Position numbers and translations under genes: made by a program. The notes beneath the pieces were generated by a model. That model was given only the letters and a program-made list of their open reading frames with translations, did no database searches and was not told where the DNA came from. Shown piece after piece: positions 1 to 11,200 of a stretch of DNA of 31,309 nucleotides. Position 1 is the first letter of the stretch. Each line of letters begins with the position of its first letter. Origin of the DNA: Clostridia bacterium (GTDB lineage Bacteria > Bacillota > Clostridia > Christensenellales > UBA1242); assembly GCA_017503445.1 (NCBI GenBank), contig JAFVTB010000065.1, positions 1 through 31,309 on the forward strand, read 5' to 3'.

Positions 1-1
1 A

Positions 2-229
2 CTTTTGGATTATGCGGACATTGTGGTGATTTCATATCAAGAAAAAATTGCAAAACCAAACCCGGAAATATACCAAAAAGCCATTGCCAAGTTTGATGAA
101 AAATTTGACCAAATTTTTATGATTGATGACCGCAAAAAAAACCTTGACCCAATGATAAAAATGGGATATCAAGGCATCTTATTCACCACCCCAGAAGCCC
201 TTAAAGCCGAACTGACGGAATACCTTTAA
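2..229 (+). CDS. HAD-superfamily hydrolase/phosphatase (HAD-IA type), C-terminal part; 5' end lies outside the window
   Basis: Frame is open from the window edge. It contains ISYQEKIAKPNPEIY (motif III Lys, K-P-x-P-x-I-[YF]) and FMIDDRKKNL (motif IV acidic pair), typical of HAD-IA phosphatases. TAA stop at 227-229. Confidence 0.85.
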   Translation, partial: LLDYADIVVISYQEKIAKPNPEIYQKAIAKFDEKFDQIFMIDDRKKNLDPMIKMGYQGILFTTPEALKAELTEYL

Positions 230-258
230 AAAAATGATACGCGAAGTATCATTTTTTT
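228..258. terminator. Bidirectional intrinsic terminator between the convergent HAD and phosphohexomutase genes
   Basis: Perfect 13-bp inverted repeat AAAAAAATGATAC-gcgaa-GTATCATTTTTTT with A7/T7 tails on both sides, lying exactly between the two stop codons (229 and 260). The stem is AT-rich. Confidence 0.75.
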
Positions 259-259
259 A

Positions 260-1666
260 TTATTCTTGGCGGGTTTTAAGGCGGATAAGCTTTTCATATT
301 CCGCAATCATTTTTTCCGCCATTTCTTGCGTTGGCATTTCTGCAAACAGGCGAATAACATTTTCATTGCCACTGAAGCGAAGCACGCCCCTATAGCCATT
401 TTCGTAGGTGATTTTCAGCCCATCATCATAGGAGACACTTTCAACCTTCAGCCCAAGTGATTTTGGCAAGCGTTTTTCTTCAAAAAGGGTTTTTTGGATA
501 AAAGCGCGCTGGCTGTCGGTGTGCGGATAAGCGAACTCCAGCACTTCACAAGGGTAATTATATTTCTTTTTCAACGCCTGGATTTGCTTTGAAAGTGGCC
601 TTTGATTTTGCGCGATTATGCCCGCAATTTTCAGCCCCGCAAAAATGCCATCTTTGAAAAGCAAATGATTTGCAAATGCAATCCCGTTGCTTTCAGCGCC
701 CAAAAAGGCATTTGGGTTTTCAAGCATTTTTTGGGCGGTGTGCTTAAAGCCCGTTTTTGCGATGATCACCTTTTGATTGTGCGCGGCGGCGATTTTATCA
801 ATCAGCCCCGTCATTGCACAGTTCTTAACGAAATCGCAAGGTGCACCCTTTTGACAAAGATTGTCATATACAAGCGCAGCAATATAATTGCAATCATAGA
901 ATTTGCCATTTTCATCAAGGAAGCTTACGCGATCGCCATCACCGTCCAAAGCAAAGCCAAAACCCGCTTTTTGTGCCTTGATTTCAGCCATTTGATCACC
1001 AAGATTGCCTTGATATGGCGCAGGCAAGCCAAAGCCAAAATTTGGGTTGACATGGGCATTGATAACCTTTGCGTTTGCCCCAAGTTTTGAAATTAGATCA
1101 TTTAAACATTGTGCGCTGCTGCCGCCCATGGCATTGATTATGAAAGGTTTTTGAATGGCTTTTAATGCCGATTTATCAACATTTTTAAGCACTGCATTTT
1201 GATATGCACTTAAGGATTTTGTGCAAACGATTTGCCGCGATTTTTTTGCAACATCAAAATCAAGTGTTTTGATTTTTTTTGCGCGGTTTGCAATCTTTTC
1301 AAGGCGGGCGTTTTCTTCGGCGGTGAATTCGCGCCCGCCGATTTTGAAAAGTTTGATACCGTTGTAATAATATGGATTGTGACTTGCGGTGATCATGATG
1401 CCAAAAGGATTGTTTGCAGTTTCAAACGCAATAAGCGGTGATGGCACACTTGTTTCAAAAAACTTCACCTTAAAACCATATGCCACCAGCACCTCGGCCA
1501 CCCATTTTGCAAAATGGCAACCCATAAAACGATTATCAAAGCCCAAAGGGATTGTCCCTTCGCTTTTATGAGTTTTTGCAAGCGCAAAAGCCACCTTTTG
1601 AACATTTTCTTTTGTGAAATTTTGAGCAATCACGCCGCGAAAACCACTTGTGCCAAACTTAATCAT
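260..1666 (-). CDS. Phosphoglucomutase/phosphomannomutase family (alpha-D-phosphohexomutase), 468 aa
   Basis: Motifs: N-terminal IKFGTSGFRG, GFDNR, phosphoserine loop ITASHNP, metal-binding DGDGDR, KDGI, C-terminal LRFSGNE. Start placed at ATG 1666 (MIKFG): it has GGAG upstream and overlaps the TGA of the upstream gene (ATGA). The ORF track uses 1678. Confidence 0.93.
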   Translation of the reverse strand: MIKFGTSGFRGVIAQNFTKENVQKVAFALAKTHKSEGTIPLGFDNRFMGCHFAKWVAEVLVAYGFKVKFFETSVPSPLIAFETANNPFGIMITASHNPYYYNGIKLFKIGGREFTAEENARLEKIANRAKKIKTLDFDVAKKSRQIVCTKSLSAYQNAVLKNVDKSALKAIQKPFIINAMGGSSAQCLNDLISKLGANAKVINAHVNPNFGFGLPAPYQGNLGDQMAEIKAQKAGFGFALDGDGDRVSFLDENGKFYDCNYIAALVYDNLCQKGAPCDFVKNCAMTGLIDKIAAAHNQKVIIAKTGFKHTAQKMLENPNAFLGAESNGIAFANHLLFKDGIFAGLKIAGIIAQNQRPLSKQIQALKKKYNYPCEVLEFAYPHTDSQRAFIQKTLFEEKRLPKSLGLKVESVSYDDGLKITYENGYRGVLRFSGNENVIRLFAEMPTQEMAEKMIAEYEKLIRLKTRQE

Positions 1667-2247
1667 TGCGCGCTCCATTGCGTGGTGAGGGTGATTTTGA
1701 TATCTTGGCTGACTTTGAAACTGCTGTTGAGTGTGACAAGGGTGTATTTGAACACAAATTCAAAGTTTTCTGTTGAACCAGAGAATGTTTTTTCAAACAA
1801 AGGTTGATCTTTTGTGATAACTTTGCTTTCAACAGCGGTGTCATCACAAAGCAAAATCACTTCTGATTTAAACCTTGAGTGTTCATCATACGCAACACCT
1901 TCAATTTTCACCGTGAAATCATACAAGTTATCCTTGTTAAAGTTGTGCATCTTAAGTTTGATAGTTTCTGGGGTGGTGGCGCTTTGCTGAGTTAAGCGCA
2001 AATCTTTAAGCCCCCAAACTTGCGTTATGATGCCGCTGGGGCCGGTTTGGGTTTCAAATTTATCGGCATCGTCGCCCCAGCTGGCTTCACCATTTATGCC
2101 AATGTTAATGCTTTGGTCTTTAACATCAATCTCCACTTGTGATTTACGATCAGAATTACTGATTATCAACGCATACACGCCAAAGCCCGCAATTGCGATG
2201 ATTAAGAACATTGTGATGATTGACTGAACGATTATTGATTTTTTCAT
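1663..2247 (-). CDS. Hypothetical exported or membrane-anchored beta-rich protein, 194 aa
   Basis: GGAG-AAAA-ATG start at 2247 (the ORF track starts at 2277). Begins MKK plus one hydrophobic segment (SIIVQSIITMFLIIAIAGFGVYALII), followed by alternating beta-strand-like sequence. Its stop overlaps the phosphohexomutase start. Confidence 0.8.
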   Translation of the reverse strand: MKKSIIVQSIITMFLIIAIAGFGVYALIISNSDRKSQVEIDVKDQSINIGINGEASWGDDADKFETQTGPSGIITQVWGLKDLRLTQQSATTPETIKLKMHNFNKDNLYDFTVKIEGVAYDEHSRFKSEVILLCDDTAVESKVITKDQPLFEKTFSGSTENFEFVFKYTLVTLNSSFKVSQDIKITLTTQWSAQ

Positions 2248-2265
2248 TTTTCTCCACTTTTTGTT

Positions 2266-2271
2266 ATTATA
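2266..2271 (-). promoter_or_regulatory. Possible internal -10 hexamer (TATAAT) upstream of the 194-aa gene
   Basis: Perfect TATAAT on the minus strand 19 nt upstream of ATG 2247, in the 48-bp gap after giant B. No convincing -35. Confidence 0.3.
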
Positions 2272-2295
2272 ATACAATCAAAGATAAAAATGCTA

Positions 2296-5200
2296 TTAAA
2301 TTAAGGCGTTTTCTGTGTATCGGGTTTGAATATTGCCTGTTTGTGCGGGCAAGGTGATATATTCTGTCTTCAAAAACTCTGCACGCACTGTGCAATCTTC
2401 GTCTTCCCACTTGCCAGCATATTCTGGTGAGGTTTTATTTGCAGGGGTTTGAGATGTTTCCAAAAGCACGCCCCATGGTTTGTTTTTGTAATCATATTTG
2501 CCAATAAGGGTTGTGTGGCTGCTGACCGCATTGCCATAGCCCAAAATGCCACCAAACCATGTGACAAGTTGTGCAGATGATTTGTTATCCACCACAGAAA
2601 CATTGATTTTGCCATTTGCCAAAGATTGATAATTGCCCAAAAGGGCGTTTTCTGTGGCTTTGTCAAATATCACAATTTCGCCCGCATAAAGTTTTGTGTT
2701 GTCTGCAAACGTTGCACCAACAAGGCCGCCAACATATGTTGTCAGCACACCACCATAAATTGTGCAGGTGGTTTCAATATCCATATTGTTTTGCACGCCC
2801 ACAAGTGTGTGCGTTGCGCGTGGAAGGGTTTTGAAAATTGTTTGTGTGCCATCTTGCTGGGCGCGCGTGTCTGCTGCATCATAAACCATAACCACTTGGC
2901 CAACTGCGCCACCTGCATAAATCATCATCACATTCACAAGGTTCAAGTTGATTTTTCCTTGCGTTACAACAAATGCAATTTTTGCGTTTGTTGGCGTGAT
3001 TGAACTTTGGGTTTGTGCGGCAATTGTGCCGGCAAGGCGCCCAACAATGCCACCAACAGAAATTGATGTGATGTTATATGCGTTGTTTGATGCGTTTGCC
3101 AAAATATTGCCATCAAATTGCACGGCGGTGATGTTGCCACCAATCATATCACCCGCAACGCCACCAATGTTTTGTGGGGCAATAATGTTCCAAACAAGGT
3201 TGATTTCAATGTTTGCATTTTGGATTGTGCCACCACAAAGCAATCCACAAATGCCGCCGGCGGCAATTGCCGATGTGGCAGATGTGTCGGCTTTTTTGAT
3301 AAAGTCTGGGGCTGTTTCGCCAAGCACATGAATGTTTTGAAGTGTGCCAGAAATCATGCCCGCAATCACACCACCATAAACCAACGGGGTGATTGAATGA
3401 TTTTCGGTGACTTCTTGCACAATATTTTTCACTTCAACATTTTTGCCAATCACACCAAACACAAGGCCACAAACTTCTGCAATTGCAGAGCCATTGTTTT
3501 CAAACTTGGCGCCCACAATTTTTCCGCCGCTGTGCGCAATGCCAACAACGCCGCCTGCACAAGAAACATTTTCAAGATTTGATGCAGTTTGGAAAAGTGT
3601 GAACTGTTTCTTTGAAAGCGCGCTTGAAAAGCTTGCATTTGCAGAAACACTTGATGTGATGTTTTGCATTTTGAAGCTGCCGCTTGCGATGCCAATCACA
3701 CCACCAACTGCATTTTGGCCAACAACCTTCACACCATCGCTTTGGGCGCTGAACCCATCACACAAGATGTTGAACACTTTGCCGCTGGTAAGGGCACCGG
3801 CAAGAGTGCCGGCGGCTTTGGCATTTGGTGTGTTAAGATAGTATGGCGAAAGCACAAGATTTTTCACAACACCGCTTTGGCCAATTTGGCTGAACAGGCC
3901 TTTTGCATCGGCTTTTTCGCGCGTGTCAATTGAAAAACCGGAAATTTCCATATTGTTGCCTTCAATTGTGCCCAAAATTTTCAGTTTGTGGGTTTGGCTG
4001 ATATTCACAGAATCGCGATAATCGATATCACTGATAATCCGGAAGTTTGCGGAAACAACATTTTCAATTGCATTGCCGTTTAAATAACTTTCAAAGGTTT
4101 CTGCGCTGTGGATAAGGATTGGGTTATACACACTTCCCGCCGCGGCTTTGGTTTCAATATAAGAATAAATTGTTTCGCCGGTTTCGGGGCTTGTGGTGGT
4201 GTTTTCTGCATCCAAAACTTTTTGCGTGTTTGCCAAAAGGTTTGCCGCAACAAGTTCTGGACGTCCAAATGTGAATGAAAGGTTTGCGGTGAGGGTTTTA
4301 AATTCACTTTCAACACCTTTTGCAGGCCAAAACCACACACCTTCTGTTTTGTTGATGTTTGATGAAATTGCAAAATTTTCAAAATTTGATGCATTTGCAA
4401 AATCTGTGTCGTTTAAGGCAGTTAAGCCATCGATGAAAAGCTGTTTGTTTGCTTGGGCATTGACATTGCCCACAAGGAAGAAGCAATCTTCATAAGTTCC
4501 AACCGTGCCACCATCAATACGATTTGATTGCACAAAGATGTATGTTACTTGGCCAGGAATAGAGAATGTTGATGTTGTATAGGCGCGCGCGATATGCCCA
4601 CTGTTTTCTTTTACAAAGCCCGCACAAATTGAACTTGCGTTTATCAAGATGTCTGAATAACAATCTTGAATTGAATTGAAGTTTGAATACACAAATCCCG
4701 CAACGCTTGGCATACTGCTGATTGATTTTGTTGGGGTTTTAGAATATATGCTGGTGGTGGAAGTTGCCCCCGCAACATAACAACCACTTATTGCCGCATT
4801 TGAATTTGCGGAAGAGCCATTTGTGATTGCAAAACCCGCGGTTTTGTGTGATGAGTTTGAACTTTTGTTGACAATCATGCTTTCACGCACAAAGCTTGAT
4901 GAAACTTTGCCATTATTGATGCCCACAAAGCCCGAAACATTTGCCGCCGCAGACATATCCACAGAAACAAAACTGTTTGTGATAAATCCATTGTTGATCC
5001 CCACAAGACCGGCAACATAATTTTCAGGGGCATTTTCACTTTGATTTGGAAGTGACACAGAAAGCTGTGCAAACGCGCCACCAACAATTTTGCAGTTTGT
5101 GATGATGCCATTGTTTTCGCCCACCAGCGCACCAAAAGCAATTGTGGCTTCATTATTTGAAATAATGATTGTGGTAATACTTGGCACAGAAAGCGTGATG

Positions 5201-8200
5201 TTTTTCAGCACAGCACCTTCATTAAGTGTGGCAAATAAACCAAAGCGATCGCCTTCTTCAAACAAAAGATTTGCCGGCAAAGCGATTGTGTGGCCATTGC
5301 CATCAAAACTTGCAATTGCGGTTTCAAGCGGTGCAAAGTTTGTTGGCAACGTGATGTCTTCCATAAGGATATAATGCGCGTTATCACTCATTGCCAAAAA
5401 TTCTTGCACATTATTCACAGGGATGGCATTTTCCAAACTTGAATTTGGATAAACATCCAAAACAAAATCGGTTGAAACATCAAATGCATTTGCGTTTTGC
5501 CCAAACACCGCTTGGCCAAGTTGATAATGATATGCCCCTTGATATGAAAGATAATATTTTGTGTTTTCACATTCATTAATGCGAAGTGGTGTGATTGTGT
5601 GGCCGGCAATTCTCAGATAATTGCTTGTTAAATTTGTTTGGCTTGTGATTTGCAAACTTTGCACAAACTTGCCAAGCACTTCGTCTGCCATATCCACCGC
5701 TGTGATTGTCCAGCCCCCGTTTTGCGAAAGTGAATCTTCAAAGTTTTGAACGCGGTTGAAAATTTCATCGTTTGTTTCATCAAATTCAATTGTTTGCCCA
5801 AACACAAATTCATTTGCAAGGGCAAATGGGTTGCCAACAGCAAGCCCAACAGTTGCACCGGTTGCACCGGAAATAAGAGTTGATTTATCAAAATTTGAAA
5901 GTGGTTCATTTGCATTGTATGCACCCAAATTTTGTTGCAAAATCACAAAATCAACAATAATGATTTTCATGGTTGAACGTCCACTTTGATATCTGATGCC
6001 GTCCACAATGTTTTCTGCATAAGTGGTGATTTCAACCGCAAAGCCCTGTTGATTTTGACTTGCAGAGGTATAGGTGATGTTTTTTGCAATAACAAGTTGA
6101 TATTGCCCGTCAATTTTTTGCACACGTGCAGCGGTGGTTGCAATGCCTTCATGCGTGATTTCAATTTTCACTTGATCTTCCGTGAAGCCATAGATGTTTA
6201 ATGAAAGATCATATGTAAGGCCGCGGGCAAGATAATATTCATCTGCATCTTCGCGTGCATCAATTGTGAAGAACACGCTGTCTTTCACCACAACATTCAG
6301 TGGCAAAATGTTTTCTGTGATTGGGGTTTGATTTGGTGATTTATATGTTGAAACCACAATTTTTGCTTGTGTGTCAACGGTGGCTTTTGAAACGGTTGTG
6401 TATCGCACAAACAGCCGTGCAACATCTGCACCCAAAAGTTTTTGCGATGTCATGACATCTTTTGAAATCACAATGCCATCAGGAAGATATTCCACACCCG
6501 GCAAAAGCACAAAATTGTTTTGGGTGTCAAGCATCATCACCTGCATCAAAAGCACATTGTTTTTGTCATAGTTTTCTTCATGGTTTTTGATGACGATATA
6601 ATCATAATCTGCAAAATATGGATAAAGGTTGACTTCCATAAGATTATAATCACCGCTTGAAACTTGATTGCTTTCTTTGCCACCAATTTGATATGTGGTG
6701 TCAATGTCATAATAATTTTTCAGGGAAACACTTTCGATGTTTTGGGTTGCAAGGTTTGCGATGATTGTCAAACTTTTTCCATTTTGCGCAGTGAATGAAA
6801 GATAGTAAACACCTTCATAACCACTTGAATATTTGTTATAATCAAAAGCAATTTTCAGGGCATAAACATTTTGATATGTGTTTGTTTGTGGGTTAAAGGT
6901 TTGTGTTTTTTGTTGGCTTTTGATTTTGAAATAATCTTGCGGTCCACCAATATTGTCTGTTATCTTCACCGCTGCAAAATCAAGGGTGTCATCTTCAAAA
7001 TCGGTGATTTGAATAATTTCAAGGTTAAGGTCGTCCACGGGTTCAACACTGGCATCTGCAAAATTTGATGAAATGCTTTGTGTGCCAAGTTTTGAAAGAA
7101 CATCAATTTCCACACCGCCAATATTTTGGCTTATTGTATCAAAATTTGTCATTGTGGCAGAAATATTTGAACCGTTTGCAATGAATGAAACCTCAAAACT
7201 TGGGGTGAAAGAAACGCTGTTTAAATGATTTGTGCCAAGCGTTTGATTTGTGCTTGTGAAGATAATCATATTGCCGTATTTTTGTGCGGTTGTATAATAA
7301 TAATCCGAAACTTCATATTGAATATTCACCGTTGGTTCAGATGCATTTGCAAACTGCACTTCAACAATTTGCCCCATATCTCCCGCTGCAAGGATGCTTT
7401 GTGCAGTGAATGAAAATTTGATTGATGCAGGGCTGTGATTAAACACATTTATGAATGCACCACTTGCAATTTCATCACCCGAAAGGGTTTGAATTTTCAT
7501 GGCATCAAACGCGGTTGAAACATTTATGAAAACTTTGTTTGTGATGCTGGTGTCAAGCACACTTTGAATTTGCAATGTTGCAACACCGGTTTTATAAAGC
7601 GTGATTTTTCCAAAGCCATCAATACTCAGGATTTCAGGTGAAAGCGAAGTGATGATGATGCTGTCGGCCTGGGCAAACACAAACGGGATATCACGGTTTG
7701 TATTCAAGTGGTTCACAAGGGATTGCTCTTGTGGGTTTTCCGCCACAAATATGAACATATTGGCAAGTTGATTTGCACCAACACCAACAACCTTGTCAAA
7801 TTTTTGGGCTGTTGAGGTTTCAGTTATGCCTGTTATGGCAATTGCATCAGTGGTTTCAATAAATGCACCCTTTGATGCCATTTGATACGCCCCGTTAAGG
7901 AAGTGATAAAGCATTGGTGCACGCTTTTGTGCAAGATCAATTTCAAAAAAGCATTGTGCAACATTGCCGTTTGCAAGATATGCATTGTCTGCCAAAACAT
8001 TGCCACAAAATGCACCAATGTTTCCACCGCTTGAAATGGCGGTGAGAAGCGGTTTGACATTAAATGCCTTTGCCGCTTGAACTTTATTGTTTTGTGCATT
8101 TTGTGGGGCGTTGTCAAGACCAACAATGCCACCAACAAAATCAACTGCGCTGATTTGCGCGCGCATTGTTGCGGCTGTGATGATTGCAAAGTTTGCCCCC

Positions 8201-11200
8201 GCAACGCCGCCAACATTTTGCCCGCCTGAACCATTATTGGCAATGGCGCTGATTGTGCCGCTGATGGCCTGATTTTGAATGCATGCGGTTGCATTATCTG
8301 CTGCACCATTTTGCCCAACAACGCCACCTGTTTGCGCAAAACCAACACTTGAGATATTAATGATTTGCGTATAGTTGTTATTGTTAAAAATTGATTTTTG
8401 ATTTTCTGCGCGCGTGATTGTGCCAAGGTTTTTGCCCACAACGCCGCCAAAGCCGTTTTCAACAGATTTGCCCGCATAAGATGCTTCAAACGCCCCAATT
8501 GTGGTGATTGATGTCAAATTGAAAATTGTGTTTTTAAAATTGAACATTTGGGCACTTTTGTTTGCATGAGTGTTGTGACCATTTTGAATTGTGCCACTGT
8601 TTGTGCCAACAATGCCACCAACAAAGATTTTGTTTGATGTTGCATTGTCTTCAAGCGCAACATTTGAATTTTCAAGGCGCACACTGATATTATTTAGCTC
8701 GCCCAAATTTTCGCCCGCCACAAGCCCAATGTTGTATGTTTTGTTTTCGCCAAGGTTTTCAATGGCAACATTGATGCTTCCTTCAATCACAAGGTCATTA
8801 AGTTTTGCGCCCGCCAAAATGCTTGGGAAAAGCCCAAAATTGTTGATGCCGCTTTGGGCATTTTTGTCGGTGATTTGAAGATTGACATTCACAAGTTTTG
8901 CGTTTGCGTTGCCGCCACTGATTGAGCCAGCAAGCGGTTTGACATTTTCAAAAGTGTATCCCGCAAGGTCTATGCTTGAGATAATCAAATAATGTTTTGC
9001 GGCGGTGTGCGTTTGGGTGATTGCTGTCATAAACTCTTGGGCTGTGCTGATAAGTTCTGGAAATGCCTCATCCGTGCCATCTGAATAGACAACTTTCACC
9101 TTTTGCACACGATCTGTTGGGAAAGTATCCCCCTCTGCAAACATTGTGCGTGGCACAAAGTAAAGCGTTCCGCTTCCGTTTGCAACGGTGCTGTTGTGCT
9201 GAACGTAAACTTGACTGCAATCGCCATTCACACTGACATTCACCAAATTTGCATATTGCGGCGCACTTGGCACAAACACAACATCAAATTTTTGGATATC
9301 GGCAAGTGGATCCATATATGTGAAGAATGTGAAATTATCATTTGTGCCTGAAAGATAAAGTGTTTCTTGATAGTTGGTTATACCCACATATTCAAGCGGG
9401 GTGAATGTTTTGACATTGATTGAAAGTGCTGCGCTGTGCGAAACATTGTGATGCGTCAGAGTGATTGTGAACACGAATGTGCCTGTCAAGGCAGCATCAT
9501 AATTGCAATTGAACAAAAGTGTGTTGCCTGAAATTGCAAAATCACCAAACTGATTGATAAAGAAATTTTCGCCGCGGCTGATCAGCGCGCCATATGATGT
9601 CATAACGCTGATTGCGCCATCATATTCACTGAACACATTTTCAATCACATCGCCGTTGGTTAATGTAACGCGAAAATCACATTGGGCTTTTGCAAGGGTG
9701 TCATATTTGTATCCCACATCCCCCAATCGATTCAGGGCAAAGCCGGATATTTCTGTTTCCACAGGTTTGCCGGCATCGTCCTGTTTAGTCTGCACAAATT
9801 GCAAACTTTCAATTGGGCAATAAACATAAATTTTCACAGTGAATGTTATGTTGTTTTCGGGATTTTGAGTGTCAATGATTTCAAAGTTTTCTGAAACCTC
9901 TTTCTTTGCAAGTGATATTGAAAGGGTTGCAAACTCATCATCTTGCGTCATATCCAAAACGCGCACAGTGATGATGCCATTTTGCACCTTTGCAACATCT
10001 GCAATTTGTGTTTTATCAACCTGGCTTTGCAAGGCAAAAAGTGTTGCATCGCTTTCTTTCTTTGTGATTGCAAACATAAGTGTGTTTTCGCCCGTGTATG
10101 CCACTTGAAGTTCGGCAATATTGCCATTTGCGTCTGCAGTTGTTTGGGTGATATCTTCACTTGGATTCACAGAAAGTGTTGCACCTGAAAGGGATTTGAC
10201 AACCTGGAATTCCAAATCTGCAAAGAAGCCATCTTGAGCGGTGATGCGCACTTGCACAAAGCCGGTTTTGTGTGGCACAAGCTCAAGCTTTTTGGTGCGG
10301 GCGCCATGTTCTGTGATTTGCGTGATTTTCAAAATGCTTTCATCGCCGGTTTTGTATTCAATATCAAAATCTGCAAGTTCAACACTTTCAAGGTTGATGA
10401 TTTCAAAACCATCAAACACTTTTGCGCCGCCATCCACATCAAGATAAAGCGTTTTTGGAAGCGTCAAGCCGCCTTGTTGAATTGTATATTGATCTGCAAG
10501 AGTGAAACTTTTAATCCCTTCCTTGATTTGCACAGGCACAATGGTTTGCACATCTGCCGCAATTGGCGCTGCACCTTCAATTTGAAGCGGTTGAACCGTC
10601 AGCACAACAAAGATTGGTTGCGCAAACACATTTTGCGCCAAAATGTTGATTGGAAGGATGCTTGTGTTGTTTGCAAAATCGGTGAATGGAATTTCAAACG
10701 CCGCGGTTTTTGTTTGGTTTTTATATGTGATATTCAAATATTCAAAATATTCATCACTTTCAAGCAAATCCCCCGCAAGATTTTTTGTTGCAAGTGAAAC
10801 TTTCACGCTTTCAAAACTTGAAAGTTTATCAAGCACATTCACAAAGATTGCATAAGGCGTTTGTGTGTTGTCATAGATTGCAACGGGCTCGAGCCACTCG
10901 GCAATATTGTTCGCATTGATTTGATATGGCGATGTGATCACAACCACATCAAACGAAAGTTGTTTTTCATAGGTTGTTTGCCCAAATGTTGTGTTTGATG
11001 TATAGCGTAAAGTGATTTTGATTTTATCGGTGCCCACACTTGTGCCTTGCACGCTGAAAAACTTGCTGTTTGAATGCGATGAGGCATATCCTTCAAGCTC
11101 TGCAATATTGTTTGGTGCAATTTCTGTGCATTCGCAAATGTTTGATGAAATTGACATTTGCACATCAGGCGTATCACATTCAACCTCAAACACAAGATAT

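Noticed and set aside
7833-8498. Minus-strand alternate-frame ORFs nested in the giants (e.g. 7833-8498, 16413-16928, 21564-22109)
   Set aside because: They are off-frame by-products of biased codon usage. The main frame stays protein-like throughout, so there is no sign of compensating frameshifts.
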